Source: Bacilli bacterium (GTDB lineage: Bacteria; Bacillota_I; Bacilli_A; RFN20; UBA1709). From it: a DNA stretch of 64,000 nt. The translations under genes were made by a program, and so were the position numbers. The notes under the pieces were generated by a model. It was not told the origin of the DNA. It did no database searches and was given only the letters and a program-made list of their open reading frames with translations. The stretch spans positions 512,001-576,000 of the forward strand of contig JBMNFL010000001.1 in the NCBI GenBank assembly GCA_050949315.1, read 5' to 3'. Below, in pieces: positions 10,061 to 18,855 of this stretch. Within the stretch, counting starts at the first letter, position 1. Every line of letters starts with the position of its first letter.

Positions 10061-11176
10061 TTATGACTCCCCTCGATTGGAGCTTAGACCTTTATCAGTA
10101 AAGTATATTCTCTCCTCTGTCTCTTTATTGAAGAGAAAAATCTTATTGGCCTTGATAGAAAATTTTACTGTCCCTTCATCCCTAATATCACCAAGAACCG
10201 TGGCATCAACAATGGAACGAATTGTCGTGTTTTCCGACTTTGGATGTTCACTGACAATGGTAGCATCTCTTCCCATAACCTCTAGATTGCGGATTTTACA
10301 GGTAAGTTCACCTTTAGGATTTATGATAAAACCTTCGGGGCGAATACCAATGTGGACCGCCTGATCAGGAAGATTAGCTTCCATAATCTTTTCTTCACCA
10401 ATATAAATGGCTTTGTTTTTAATATTCCCTTCAAAAACATTAATGGGTGGGGTTCCTAAAAACTTAGCAACAAAAAGGTTGATAGGATTGTCATAAACTT
10501 TCTGGGGTTCATCTATCTGCTGAACAAGCCCTTCTTTCATGACAATAATCATATCGGAAATACTCATGGCCTCTTCTTGGTCATGGGTAACAAAGATAGT
10601 GGTTATCCCTGTTTCTCTTTGAATTCTTTTAATCTCTTCACGAGTTTGCAGACGTAAACGAGCATCCAAGTTACTCAAAGGTTCATCTAACAAAAGAACA
10701 TTAGGCATTTTAACAAGGGCTCTAGCGATGGCCACCCTTTGTTGTTGACCGCCTGATAACTCACTGGGTTTGCGATCCAGTAAATCATCAATTTGCACCA
10801 GTTTGGCAACATCAACCGTCCTTTCAAACATCTTATCCTTATCCATCTTCTGATTCTGCAAAGGAAACATGATGTTTTGTTTGACCGTCATATGAGGATA
10901 AAGGGCATAATTTTGGAAAACTAGGCCTATCCCTCTTTTTTCTGGCGCTAAATCTGTGACATCATCATCACCAAAATAGATACGTCCAGCCGAAGGTTTT
11001 TGTAAACCGCTAATCATATAAAGTGTTGTTGACTTGCCACAGCCTGATGGACCTAAAAGACCGACGAGCTTCCCGTCGGGTATTTCAAAGTTGAAATTAT
11101 TAACTGCTATGACTGAGTCCCCATCTTTTTTTCGGCTTGGAAAAACCTTGGTTAAGTATTCTAATACTACTTTCAT
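10061..11176 (-). CDS. CUT1 ABC transporter ATP-binding protein (MalK/MsmX-like)
   Basis: [26 protein letters not shown] and LLLDEP motifs. Start placed at ATG 11176, 7 nt from AGGAGG. Confidence 0.95.
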   Translation of the reverse strand: MKVVLEYLTKVFPSRKKDGDSVIAVNNFNFEIPDGKLVGLLGPSGCGKSTTLYMISGLQKPSAGRIYFGDDDVTDLAPEKRGIGLVFQNYALYPHMTVKQNIMFPLQNQKMDKDKMFERTVDVAKLVQIDDLLDRKPSELSGGQQQRVAIARALVKMPNVLLLDEPLSNLDARLRLQTREEIKRIQRETGITTIFVTHDQEEAMSISDMIIVMKEGLVQQIDEPQKVYDNPINLFVAKFLGTPPINVFEGNIKNKAIYIGEEKIMEANLPDQAVHIGIRPEGFIINPKGELTCKIRNLEVMGRDATIVSEHPKSENTTIRSIVDATVLGDIRDEGTVKFSIKANKIFLFNKETEERIYFTDKGLSSNRGES

Positions 11177-11283
11177 CAACAAACCTCCTGAATAGAAATC
11201 TCGGGGAAGATGGGCGTTAGATTAAGCGCTTACAATATAAACCAGAAAGAGCCTAAATCAAACTACCTCTTCTTGCTCAAGCG

Positions 11284-11312
11284 ATTATATTTTACTATCT
11301 TTACGCAGTAAA
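11284..11312 (-). promoter_or_regulatory. Putative sigma-A promoter of the ABC/nuclease operon
   Basis: TTTACT-17 nt-TATAAT on minus strand. Confidence 0.6.
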
Positions 11313-11423
11313 AGAAACCCTCTTTTTTACCTTTATTTTTAATAAAGGCTAAAAACAGCTAAACTTATCTATACATTTTTTAATTGGGAAAAATATTTTT
11401 TTACACAAATTTTACCTTTTTTT

Positions 11424-12272
11424 TCAACTTTTTGAATCTTCAGCTAGCCTTTGCTCCAATTCTTCCTTGCTGTTAGCAAAAAATTGGCTATCGCTATCGA
11501 CTACTACGGTGCTGCCAACTATGTCGTGTAAGGCTTGACTATTCTTAGTAAAACCAACACATAGGCACTCAACAGTTGCTAAGACGGCGATAATGATTAC
11601 GCCAAGCAAACCGCCTCTAGGATTGATAAAAGCAAACACAATACAAAAAATAGGAATCATGGTTTCAATAGCAAAACGCCCTATCACCACCCGAGCAAAA
11701 AGCTGCCATGAGCGGATTTTAACTCGATCCGTACCTAAAAGCCCGATATGCATAATAAGTTTGCCTACCGTCTTACCCTTTTTCAGAATCAAAGGTACGG
11801 CAAACTCTAAAATTAATAAGCCAACTAAAGAACTCATCGATAACATAACAATCATCAGATTGTCACAGATACCACTATATTTAATAGCTTCGGCATCAGC
11901 ATAAAAATCTTGCCAAGAAAGATAACAAGCATCATTGCTTAAGGGTTTACCATTTTCATCATATTCAACAACACACGCGATATATTTATCTTCTTCGCCA
12001 CTCGCATCAGGATTCAGTGAATATATTCCATGCTCCAGATACTTTTCTTCAAGCCTGGCATAATTTCCATCATAATCGACAATCTTAGAAATAAGAGTAG
12101 CTAAACCCGTCGCTAAAACCACTAGTAAAATCATATCAATCAAAAAGGCGGCAAAACGTCTTAAGATGCTGGCTTTATTGATATCATAAACACTTGGTCT
12201 ATAGGTGCGATTCATCAAATCGCCACTTTTTTGATAACGTGAGCGAAAAAGACCTTCTTTACCTCTTGCCAT
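11424..12272 (-). CDS. RDD family membrane protein
   Basis: RRFAAFLID, GKTVGK and ALHDIVGSTVVV motifs. Start moved to ATG 12272, behind GGAAGGGAG. Confidence 0.85.
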   Translation of the reverse strand: MARGKEGLFRSRYQKSGDLMNRTYRPSVYDINKASILRRFAAFLIDMILLVVLATGLATLISKIVDYDGNYARLEEKYLEHGIYSLNPDASGEEDKYIACVVEYDENGKPLSNDACYLSWQDFYADAEAIKYSGICDNLMIVMLSMSSLVGLLILEFAVPLILKKGKTVGKLIMHIGLLGTDRVKIRSWQLFARVVIGRFAIETMIPIFCIVFAFINPRGGLLGVIIIAVLATVECLCVGFTKNSQALHDIVGSTVVVDSDSQFFANSKEELEQRLAEDSKS

Positions 12273-14010
12273 TAGAAACTCCCTTCCGCCCACAAATTCT
12301 AAAAAATTCTTTATTGGGACGATTTAAAACTAAATAGCCGCCTTCATTAATAACATTAACGCGGTTAAAAGTCCACTCTTCCCCATTTACTTTGGTAAAA
12401 GAGCCCCCGGCTTCTTGAACGATTAAAACCCCAGGAGCGATATCCCATTCCTTGGTATTATTCCCTGTTTTATAGTTTATATGACCCTTGCCCTCCGCAA
12501 TTAAACCAAATTTATAGGCACTACCATAAGCTTTTTCTTCTTTAATTAAACTAGCAAACTGCTTATAAAACTTATCGACTTCTCTACTACCATGGAAATG
12601 GCTCTTGGTCGCGATAAAGTCACTTGTGGCTTTACTGACCGCGATACGGCTGATTTTACCAGCTTCTTTTTTATAGGCTCCCGCCCCTTTCATCGCGTAG
12701 TAATAAACATCTTTCATCGGAACGGCTATGACACCAACCACAACCTCCTGCTTATGAACAAGGGCGATATTAATCGAAAATTCATCATCGTGAGCAATAA
12801 AATCTTTAGTACCATCAATTGGATCAATAATCCAGACATTTTCCTTATTTAAACGGCTTTTATCATCCGCACTTTCTTCACTTAAAAGACCATAATCTGG
12901 ATAAAACTTCTTTAGCTCTTCACTGATAAATTTATCAACCGCTTTATCAGCCTCAGTTACTGGTGATTCATCTTCTTTTAATTCAATTTGCAAGTTGCTT
13001 TTTAAGTAATAACTTTTAGCTATCTCACTCGCCTTACGAGCGATATCTAAGGCCACACTTACTTCTTTAGAGTAAGGCTTACTAGCAAAGGCCAGCTGTT
13101 CAAACTCCGCTAACATCACATCAACTTCATCCCAGTTTAATAAAGTGGCACCCGCCGCTTTTATGTGTCCACCGCCACCAAATTTATTACAAACAAGATT
13201 GACAGGAAGACCTTTAGAACGGGTTTCCGCCCTAATAGTCCCATTATCATTTTCTGTAAAATGACACCAAATATCGACACCCTTAATGTTAGCCATCGCA
13301 TTAACTGTCCCCGCCCCATGATCTTTTAAACCAAAAGATTCTGCTAACTCTGGACTGATTTTATTATAGGCTACACCATAGGGGCTCAAAGTGAAATTGT
13401 AGCGACAAAATCCATAATATTTCGCATGTCCTAAATCATCTTCATAAATTATTTGGTAAATCCTTGCAACCTCGGCACCTTTTTGTACTAGCCATTTCGC
13501 ACAGTCAAACAGGCGGGGGCTAAATGAATAAAGAAAACGATTGGCATCGGTTGTTAAACCTAAATAAAGGGCATTCGCCCCCATTATATTTATTTCCCAT
13601 TTGGCTTTAATTGCTAGGTAAGTTATCATCTCACAAACTGAAGAAGCTTTGCTATCCACCCACTCAACTTCCCCAAAATGTTCCATTAACTCATGATGAT
13701 CAATTTTCATTACTGCTTTAGCAGTTTTAAAACGCTGATCGTCAACTCGCGCTTGATCCGCGCAGTCTAACACAATGGCTAAAGAAGCCGCCACCGTCTC
13801 ATCGGAACAAGTATCAAGAGGTCCGGCAACCAAAACATAATCATCAACATCTTTACCTAGACAAAAAACCTTTTTATGAGGATAGTTACTTTTAATCAAT
13901 TCGCGCAATCCAACTTGTGAGCCATAGGCATCACCATCTGGACTTTCATGACGAAAAAGCGTGATAATATCGTGCTTTTCAATCTTTTCAATGATGGATT
14001 GTAAATTCAT
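12259..14010 (-). CDS. Fusion of DHH/DHHA1 oligoribonuclease-pAp phosphatase (NrnA-like) and CysQ-like 3'(2'),5'-bisphosphate nucleotidase
   Basis: N-half: HESPDGDAYGS, IDHH, GGGHIKAAG. C-half: SPVTEAD, LSEE, WIIDPIDGTKDF, EWDIAPG. Start at ATG 14010, behind GGGAGGG. Confidence 0.9.
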   Translation of the reverse strand: MNLQSIIEKIEKHDIITLFRHESPDGDAYGSQVGLRELIKSNYPHKKVFCLGKDVDDYVLVAGPLDTCSDETVAASLAIVLDCADQARVDDQRFKTAKAVMKIDHHELMEHFGEVEWVDSKASSVCEMITYLAIKAKWEINIMGANALYLGLTTDANRFLYSFSPRLFDCAKWLVQKGAEVARIYQIIYEDDLGHAKYYGFCRYNFTLSPYGVAYNKISPELAESFGLKDHGAGTVNAMANIKGVDIWCHFTENDNGTIRAETRSKGLPVNLVCNKFGGGGHIKAAGATLLNWDEVDVMLAEFEQLAFASKPYSKEVSVALDIARKASEIAKSYYLKSNLQIELKEDESPVTEADKAVDKFISEELKKFYPDYGLLSEESADDKSRLNKENVWIIDPIDGTKDFIAHDDEFSINIALVHKQEVVVGVIAVPMKDVYYYAMKGAGAYKKEAGKISRIAVSKATSDFIATKSHFHGSREVDKFYKQFASLIKEEKAYGSAYKFGLIAEGKGHINYKTGNNTKEWDIAPGVLIVQEAGGSFTKVNGEEWTFNRVNVINEGGYLVLNRPNKEFFRICGRKGVSNGKR

Positions 14011-14063
14011 TAAAATCCCTCCCATTGCTTTCTAATTATAACGATTATCCTTAACTTAAACAA

Positions 14064-14098
14064 CTAAAAAATCGTTGTGTCTCACCAGCACAACGATT
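14064..14098 (-). terminator. Terminator after tRNA-Lys
   Basis: AATCGTTGTG...CACAACGATT hairpin followed by T-run on minus strand. Confidence 0.75.
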
Positions 14099-14108
14099 CG
14101 TAACAATT

Positions 14109-14184
14109 TGGTGGACCCTTGGGGATTCGAACCCCAGACCCACTGATTAAGAGTCAGTTGCTCTGCCAACTGAGCTAAGGGTCC
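14109..14184 (-). tRNA. tRNA-Lys (anticodon CTT)
   Basis: GGACCCTTAGCTCAGTTGG...ACTGA-CT-CTT-AA-TCAGT...GGTTCGAATCC...GGGTCCACCA; 76 nt, CCA encoded; upstream TTGCAA-17-TATCAT promoter. Confidence 0.97.
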
Positions 14185-14235
14185 TTTTTGCACTACCAAA
14201 TGATAGAACAAAAGATGCTAGATTGCAAGATATTT

Positions 14236-15183
14236 CTAATAGTACTCCTCACCATCAATGATGGCTTCCGCCTCGGGTTTTTCAAACTCTTTTGGATCTT
14301 CATAGATAACTAAACGCTCTTCCTTTTTCTCATCAACTACAAAGGTACCAAAGAGCAAATCATGAATAGCCTTTTGTTTTTTGTTGATATATGTGATAAG
14401 TCCAGAAATCAAAATTCCTAGAGGCATGTAAACATCTGTTAAAATTAGAATCAAAAGTGAACTCACATATTCTATGGTCCAAAAACCAATTACGGTTCTA
14501 AAAAGATACATCATCGGTTTAATTGGTTTACCGAAATTATCAATAACTAGAATTCCCACTATTTTCTTACCAAGGGTGCGACCATTTTTGAAAAAGATGG
14601 TAGGAAGAATATAAATCAAGAAAAGGAAGATTACTGAATCAATCAGTTGGGTCAAAACTGAAAATCTTTTTCTAATTCGTTCAAAATCTTTATAGATATC
14701 ATCGTATTCTTTGGAGGCGTAGAGTTTGCCTTTCATCTCGTAACAAGGATCAACCTTCCAATTCCCCGCGTTCTCATTTAAAACGCCAGCAGCTCGATAC
14801 TGTTCATATGTTAAGGTATCACCTTTTTTATAATTCCCATAGGGTATTTCACAGATATAATAGTTATACGCTGGTTCGCACCAAACACCATTTTCATCAA
14901 CTAAATCTGTGCCATAAAGTTCGGGATGAGCTAAAACATAATCAACCAAGTCTCTTTCGTATTGAGTCTCAATCTGATCAATCTTGTAAATTTGTTTGTA
15001 AATATAAGGAGTTGTCACATAGTTATTAAAAACATAAATAAGGCCAGTAAAAAGAATAAAGTCAATCAAAAAGGCCACAATTCTTTTCCAGCGTTTGCAT
15101 AAAACATAACGGTCTTCAATTTCCGGCTCTTTGGGAACTTCTAATATTTCTTCTTGAACTAAGTCTTGCTCAATCTCGCTCAT
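14236..15183 (-). CDS. RDD family membrane protein with large extracytoplasmic loop
   Basis: WKRIVAFLID, GRTLGKK and AIHDLLFGTFVV motifs; own promoter TTGTCA-17-TATAAT (15213-15241). Confidence 0.85.
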   Translation of the reverse strand: MSEIEQDLVQEEILEVPKEPEIEDRYVLCKRWKRIVAFLIDFILFTGLIYVFNNYVTTPYIYKQIYKIDQIETQYERDLVDYVLAHPELYGTDLVDENGVWCEPAYNYYICEIPYGNYKKGDTLTYEQYRAAGVLNENAGNWKVDPCYEMKGKLYASKEYDDIYKDFERIRKRFSVLTQLIDSVIFLFLIYILPTIFFKNGRTLGKKIVGILVIDNFGKPIKPMMYLFRTVIGFWTIEYVSSLLILILTDVYMPLGILISGLITYINKKQKAIHDLLFGTFVVDEKKEERLVIYEDPKEFEKPEAEAIIDGEEYY

Positions 15184-15247
15184 TTTAATCTCCTATTCAA
15201 ATCAGCCCTTTAATTATAGACAAAAATTCTAAAGCTGACAATCTTTC

Positions 15248-15985
15248 CTAACGGCTCGTAAATTCTAGTTCTAGTAAAGTGCTAAGCTTACCATCAGCTT
15301 TAACCATGGCATAAACTTTATTATCTTTTATTTTAAGACCTAGGCTTACTTTTTCCACCTTGACAATCTCCTCAAAATAATCAACTTGCAGGCTTTTTAA
15401 CCTATGTTCTTTGATAAAGTTTATCCCTAAAGCATCATAAACCCAATTGATGTAAGTCACATTGTTAATGTGACCATTGTAATCATAATCACGATAACGC
15501 GGGATATAATCAACAAAGCTCATCCCCTGCTCTTCTTCTTTACTGAGTTTAGCTGGCATAGGCATAAAATCGGGAACATCTTTGGTATCAGGAAAGCCCA
15601 AACTATGACCATCAACAAAGGAGATCATCCGTTTTTTATAATCAAAAATAGACCAAACAATATTGATTCTTACATATTCCTGCCCATTTTTGTCTTCAAT
15701 AGTCGCATAACGCGGATAAAGAATTTTGTGAACTCTTCCTGGCCAAGTCTTAATAACAACCTCATCTTCATAGCTTGGCAGTTTAGTGATTTCCATTCGC
15801 ATTCTAGCAATTATCCAAGTTAAACCATGGGCTTTTAAATCTAAATTCCCCATTCCATAACTATCCATATGATAGCCCGCATGTTCCTGGGCCAAAAGAA
15901 GTGCGGCGACTGGGGTCATCTCTCCAGTAATATCCGTGTCTTGGAAAGTGACACGAGAACTAGCTTCATAAAGGTCTTTTGTCAT
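15248..15985 (-). CDS. Acyl-ACP thioesterase (double hot-dog, FatA/B-like)
   Basis: D-Y-N-G-H-I-N-N catalytic motif; TWIIAR and IKTWP motifs. Confidence 0.88.
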   Translation of the reverse strand: MTKDLYEASSRVTFQDTDITGEMTPVAALLLAQEHAGYHMDSYGMGNLDLKAHGLTWIIARMRMEITKLPSYEDEVVIKTWPGRVHKILYPRYATIEDKNGQEYVRINIVWSIFDYKKRMISFVDGHSLGFPDTKDVPDFMPMPAKLSKEEEQGMSFVDYIPRYRDYDYNGHINNVTYINWVYDALGINFIKEHRLKSLQVDYFEEIVKVEKVSLGLKIKDNKVYAMVKADGKLSTLLELEFTSR

Positions 15986-16000
15986 TTCTGCCTCCTAAAT

Positions 16001-18037
16001 TTATTTCAATAACAGATCATCAACAACAGCTTCTATATCTAAAGTTTGGCTGTCAATCTTTGTTACAGCCCTTCTTATTATATCGTAAAGGACCACCGTT
16101 CCCCAAGAATCAATTTTACAATACTGCCGCAAAGAAGCTAAAAGTTTATCATGCAAAGTTAAATCGCCATGGCGATGGACAAGCCTTAACAAGGTCTTAT
16201 AAACATCCAAGGCCTCTTCTCCATTTTGAATGAGTTCTTTTTTATAATCCAAAGTTTCGCTAAGGTCATAGTTTAAACTTTGATACCAATTTTTAATTTG
16301 TTGATCATTAATTAAGGTCGGCTGCGTGACCTTTAAAGAGGTAAAACCATGGAAGTCCTTATGGTACCATAAACCATAGGAAAAGAACTTATATAAATCG
16401 ACTACTCGTTCGCTAAAAGTATCTAAAAACTCGCTATATTCTGGATATTGAGCACTCATTTCTTTTAAGCGTGATTTCTCAAAAACCTCATTATAAACAA
16501 CTACTTGAAAACGCTTATCTTGCCACCTAATACCCGCTTCTTTTAATTGTTCTAATAGGCTTTTGATTAATGCTAAAGAAGGATTATTAAAACCATCTTT
16601 TTTGGGGTTTCCAATGAATTCATAATGGCTTATGCCTCCACCTATTCCCTTTTGAAAATCATGCTTAGCAAGTTCATAATTTTCTTGAACGATGTGCATG
16701 GAATATTGACAACAAATCTGCTGCCAAGGTTTCATATCACGTACTAAAGGAACGGGGTAACTAAAACTTTCAAAATCAAAAAAGATTAAAGGGAATTGTT
16801 GATAGTCTTGCTCCAACAAGCTTTTTAGGGCCTTTATTTCTAAATGGTGGTCTTTAGAGAATTCACCACGTGCATAATCTATTTGCAAGCGGGCGACACT
16901 TCTTTTGTAGGGGGTCTTTGCTTTAACTTTGGGGTATTTATCTTCCAAAAGACCAAATGGTATATCCTTGATCTTTTCAATACCCTCAACATCGATTAAT
17001 TGTTTTAACGAACCCCAATATCCACCAACTGCCCCGTTACAGGTAAGCAAGAAAACGTCTTCCTTGCCTAAAGAAGGAAAGCAAGCCTTAATCAAGGGAC
17101 ATAAACCCTTTCTACGGCAGCGATAAAGGCAGTGAGCCTGGGGAATATCGCTGCGTTTCATTAGAGATTGGAGATGATTAATATAAACTTCAACATCCTT
17201 ATTTTCCGCTGTTACATAAGAGACCTTATCGTAATAATCTTTTAAACTACAAGGACCCCCATCGACCATAATCGTATCAGTAATAGTAAAGAAGTTTTCT
17301 AAGTCGCTATCTTCTAAAGGATAGGCCTCTTCTTTAAGTTTAAAATCCTTGTTTAAATGCACAAAACCCAAAGATTTCAAAGGCAATTTGGCCCTTCGAT
17401 AAACGGCATATTGAAAGGCCAAGTCATAGAGATAATTTTGTCTTATAATTCTGTTTGTATCAGTAGTCATTACCCTGTTAGAACCCTTTACTTCATAGAG
17501 ATTGAAGCTTTCCTTATCCCGAACCAGCACGTCAAAACGGGCACGTAAACCCTCAATACTTATCTGCCCTTCAAAAATAACATCAACTGTTGGATCATTT
17601 AAATATTTTTGGGTGTTGGCCTCTATTTTAGCCTGATTTTCAAGTTCGGGACTATCTAAAGCGCCATCAAAGGTGTCCGCTCTTTTGGGATTTTTGGCCT
17701 TTAAGGCAAAATAACGTCTCGATAATTCTGAGACCTCTTGAAAATCCTCGTTTTCGGCAATAAACTGACCAACTATGTCATCAGTCAAACTTTCTTGATA
17801 GATTTTTAAAGCCTCTTTTAAAGCTTCAGGATATGTGCGAAAATAATCGAAGGGTAACAAGTTCTTCTCGCCTTCTTGTCCCCAATCATCATCCTGTGGC
17901 AAAAAATCTTCGACCTCACGTTTATTTTCAACCAAACTACGCCAAAAAGAAAGAAGGCGTTTTTCTTCTAATTGCAAATAAGCCAGGCGATCGCACTTAC
18001 GGTGTGCATAATCCTTTACAACTTCTTTTATCAGCAT
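16001..18037 (-). CDS. DUF2779-type protein: PD-(D/E)XK nuclease-like N-domain plus RNase H/exonuclease-like C-domain
   Basis: RFDVL...YEVKGS, YDLAFQ, Cys cluster CRRKGLCPLIKAC, FFDFES, VYNEVFE, YCKID. Start at ATG 18037, behind AGGAGG. Confidence 0.75.
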   Translation of the reverse strand: MLIKEVVKDYAHRKCDRLAYLQLEEKRLLSFWRSLVENKREVEDFLPQDDDWGQEGEKNLLPFDYFRTYPEALKEALKIYQESLTDDIVGQFIAENEDFQEVSELSRRYFALKAKNPKRADTFDGALDSPELENQAKIEANTQKYLNDPTVDVIFEGQISIEGLRARFDVLVRDKESFNLYEVKGSNRVMTTDTNRIIRQNYLYDLAFQYAVYRRAKLPLKSLGFVHLNKDFKLKEEAYPLEDSDLENFFTITDTIMVDGGPCSLKDYYDKVSYVTAENKDVEVYINHLQSLMKRSDIPQAHCLYRCRRKGLCPLIKACFPSLGKEDVFLLTCNGAVGGYWGSLKQLIDVEGIEKIKDIPFGLLEDKYPKVKAKTPYKRSVARLQIDYARGEFSKDHHLEIKALKSLLEQDYQQFPLIFFDFESFSYPVPLVRDMKPWQQICCQYSMHIVQENYELAKHDFQKGIGGGISHYEFIGNPKKDGFNNPSLALIKSLLEQLKEAGIRWQDKRFQVVVYNEVFEKSRLKEMSAQYPEYSEFLDTFSERVVDLYKFFSYGLWYHKDFHGFTSLKVTQPTLINDQQIKNWYQSLNYDLSETLDYKKELIQNGEEALDVYKTLLRLVHRHGDLTLHDKLLASLRQYCKIDSWGTVVLYDIIRRAVTKIDSQTLDIEAVVDDLLLK

Positions 18038-18079
18038 TAAAAGCCCTCCTCTTTTTACAAAAAAAGACCCCAAAGAGGT

Positions 18080-18553
18080 CTAAAATAATTTAATAATATA
18101 AGAAATAATCACAACTAAAACCAAAATCACAAAGGTAATAAATCCCATCATTTTGATGTTAAAGGTTCTTTTTCTTTTGACCATCTGTTTATCGTAATTT
18201 GACTCAAAAGGTAAACGTGCTAACTTAAAAACTCGCTCCAAAAGAAATACACACATTAAATCCTTGGCTGTTCTTTCTGAGTCATAGTTGTCCATGCCCT
18301 CTTCATCGCGGAACAAGCGTTGGATTTTTTTTATACTAATATAAACATAGTTTTCGCCTTCTTGAGTAAGCTGTACTCCATAACGGTAGATAGTGGTTTT
18401 CTCACGATCAGCGGCAACTTCTGCTTTTTTTACTTTGGCAAGACCAGGAACATATTTTTTACTATCGCCACCAAAAGTTATGGCCATTTCTGTGACTATT
18501 TGTTCAAAAAAAGATGGATATTTTTCTAATAAGTCTTCTCGCATAAACATCAA
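18080..18553 (-). CDS. Hypothetical protein with C-terminal membrane anchor
   Basis: 157-aa ORF with SD and a single C-terminal hydrophobic helix. Confidence 0.65.
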   Translation of the reverse strand: MMFMREDLLEKYPSFFEQIVTEMAITFGGDSKKYVPGLAKVKKAEVAADREKTTIYRYGVQLTQEGENYVYISIKKIQRLFRDEEGMDNYDSERTAKDLMCVFLLERVFKLARLPFESNYDKQMVKRKRTFNIKMMGFITFVILVLVVIISYIIKLF

Positions 18554-18651
18554 CTCCCGCCGCTAATTTTAACATATTTAAATAGCTAAAAAAAGTAAAT
18601 ACTTGTATTTTTAAAATCCAGTCGCTATAATGCAACTGATGAGGTGGTAAA

Positions 18652-18855
18652 ATGGCTAAAACCAACAAAAAGCCCAATATCGATCAAGACGATTCTAAAC
18701 AGCCTAGAAAAATGCGGCCTATAGACATAATACTTTTTGTCATTGTTGTCTTATTAGTTCTTTTATTCCTCTTTATGGATACCTTTGGTGAAAAAGAACC
18801 CAACGCATTTATCCCTTTTATTACCAACGGTTTTCGTGGATTACTTCTTGGCTAG
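18652..18855 (+). CDS. Small single-pass membrane protein
   Basis: Promoter TTGTAT-17-TATAAT (18603-18631), SD GAGGTGG, basic N-terminus then one TM helix. Confidence 0.7.
   Translation: MAKTNKKPNIDQDDSKQPRKMRPIDIILFVIVVLLVLLFLFMDTFGEKEPNAFIPFITNGFRGLLLG

Noticed and set aside
11400-11416. Pho-box-like TTTACA-N5-TTTACC upstream of the nuclease/ABC operon
   Set aside because: Only two units, in an extremely AT-rich tract, opposite in orientation to the pstS boxes and far from the -35; insufficient evidence.
16001-18037. CRISPR-Cas locus suggested by the Cas4-like domain
   Set aside because: No repeat-spacer array and no other cas genes anywhere in the window.
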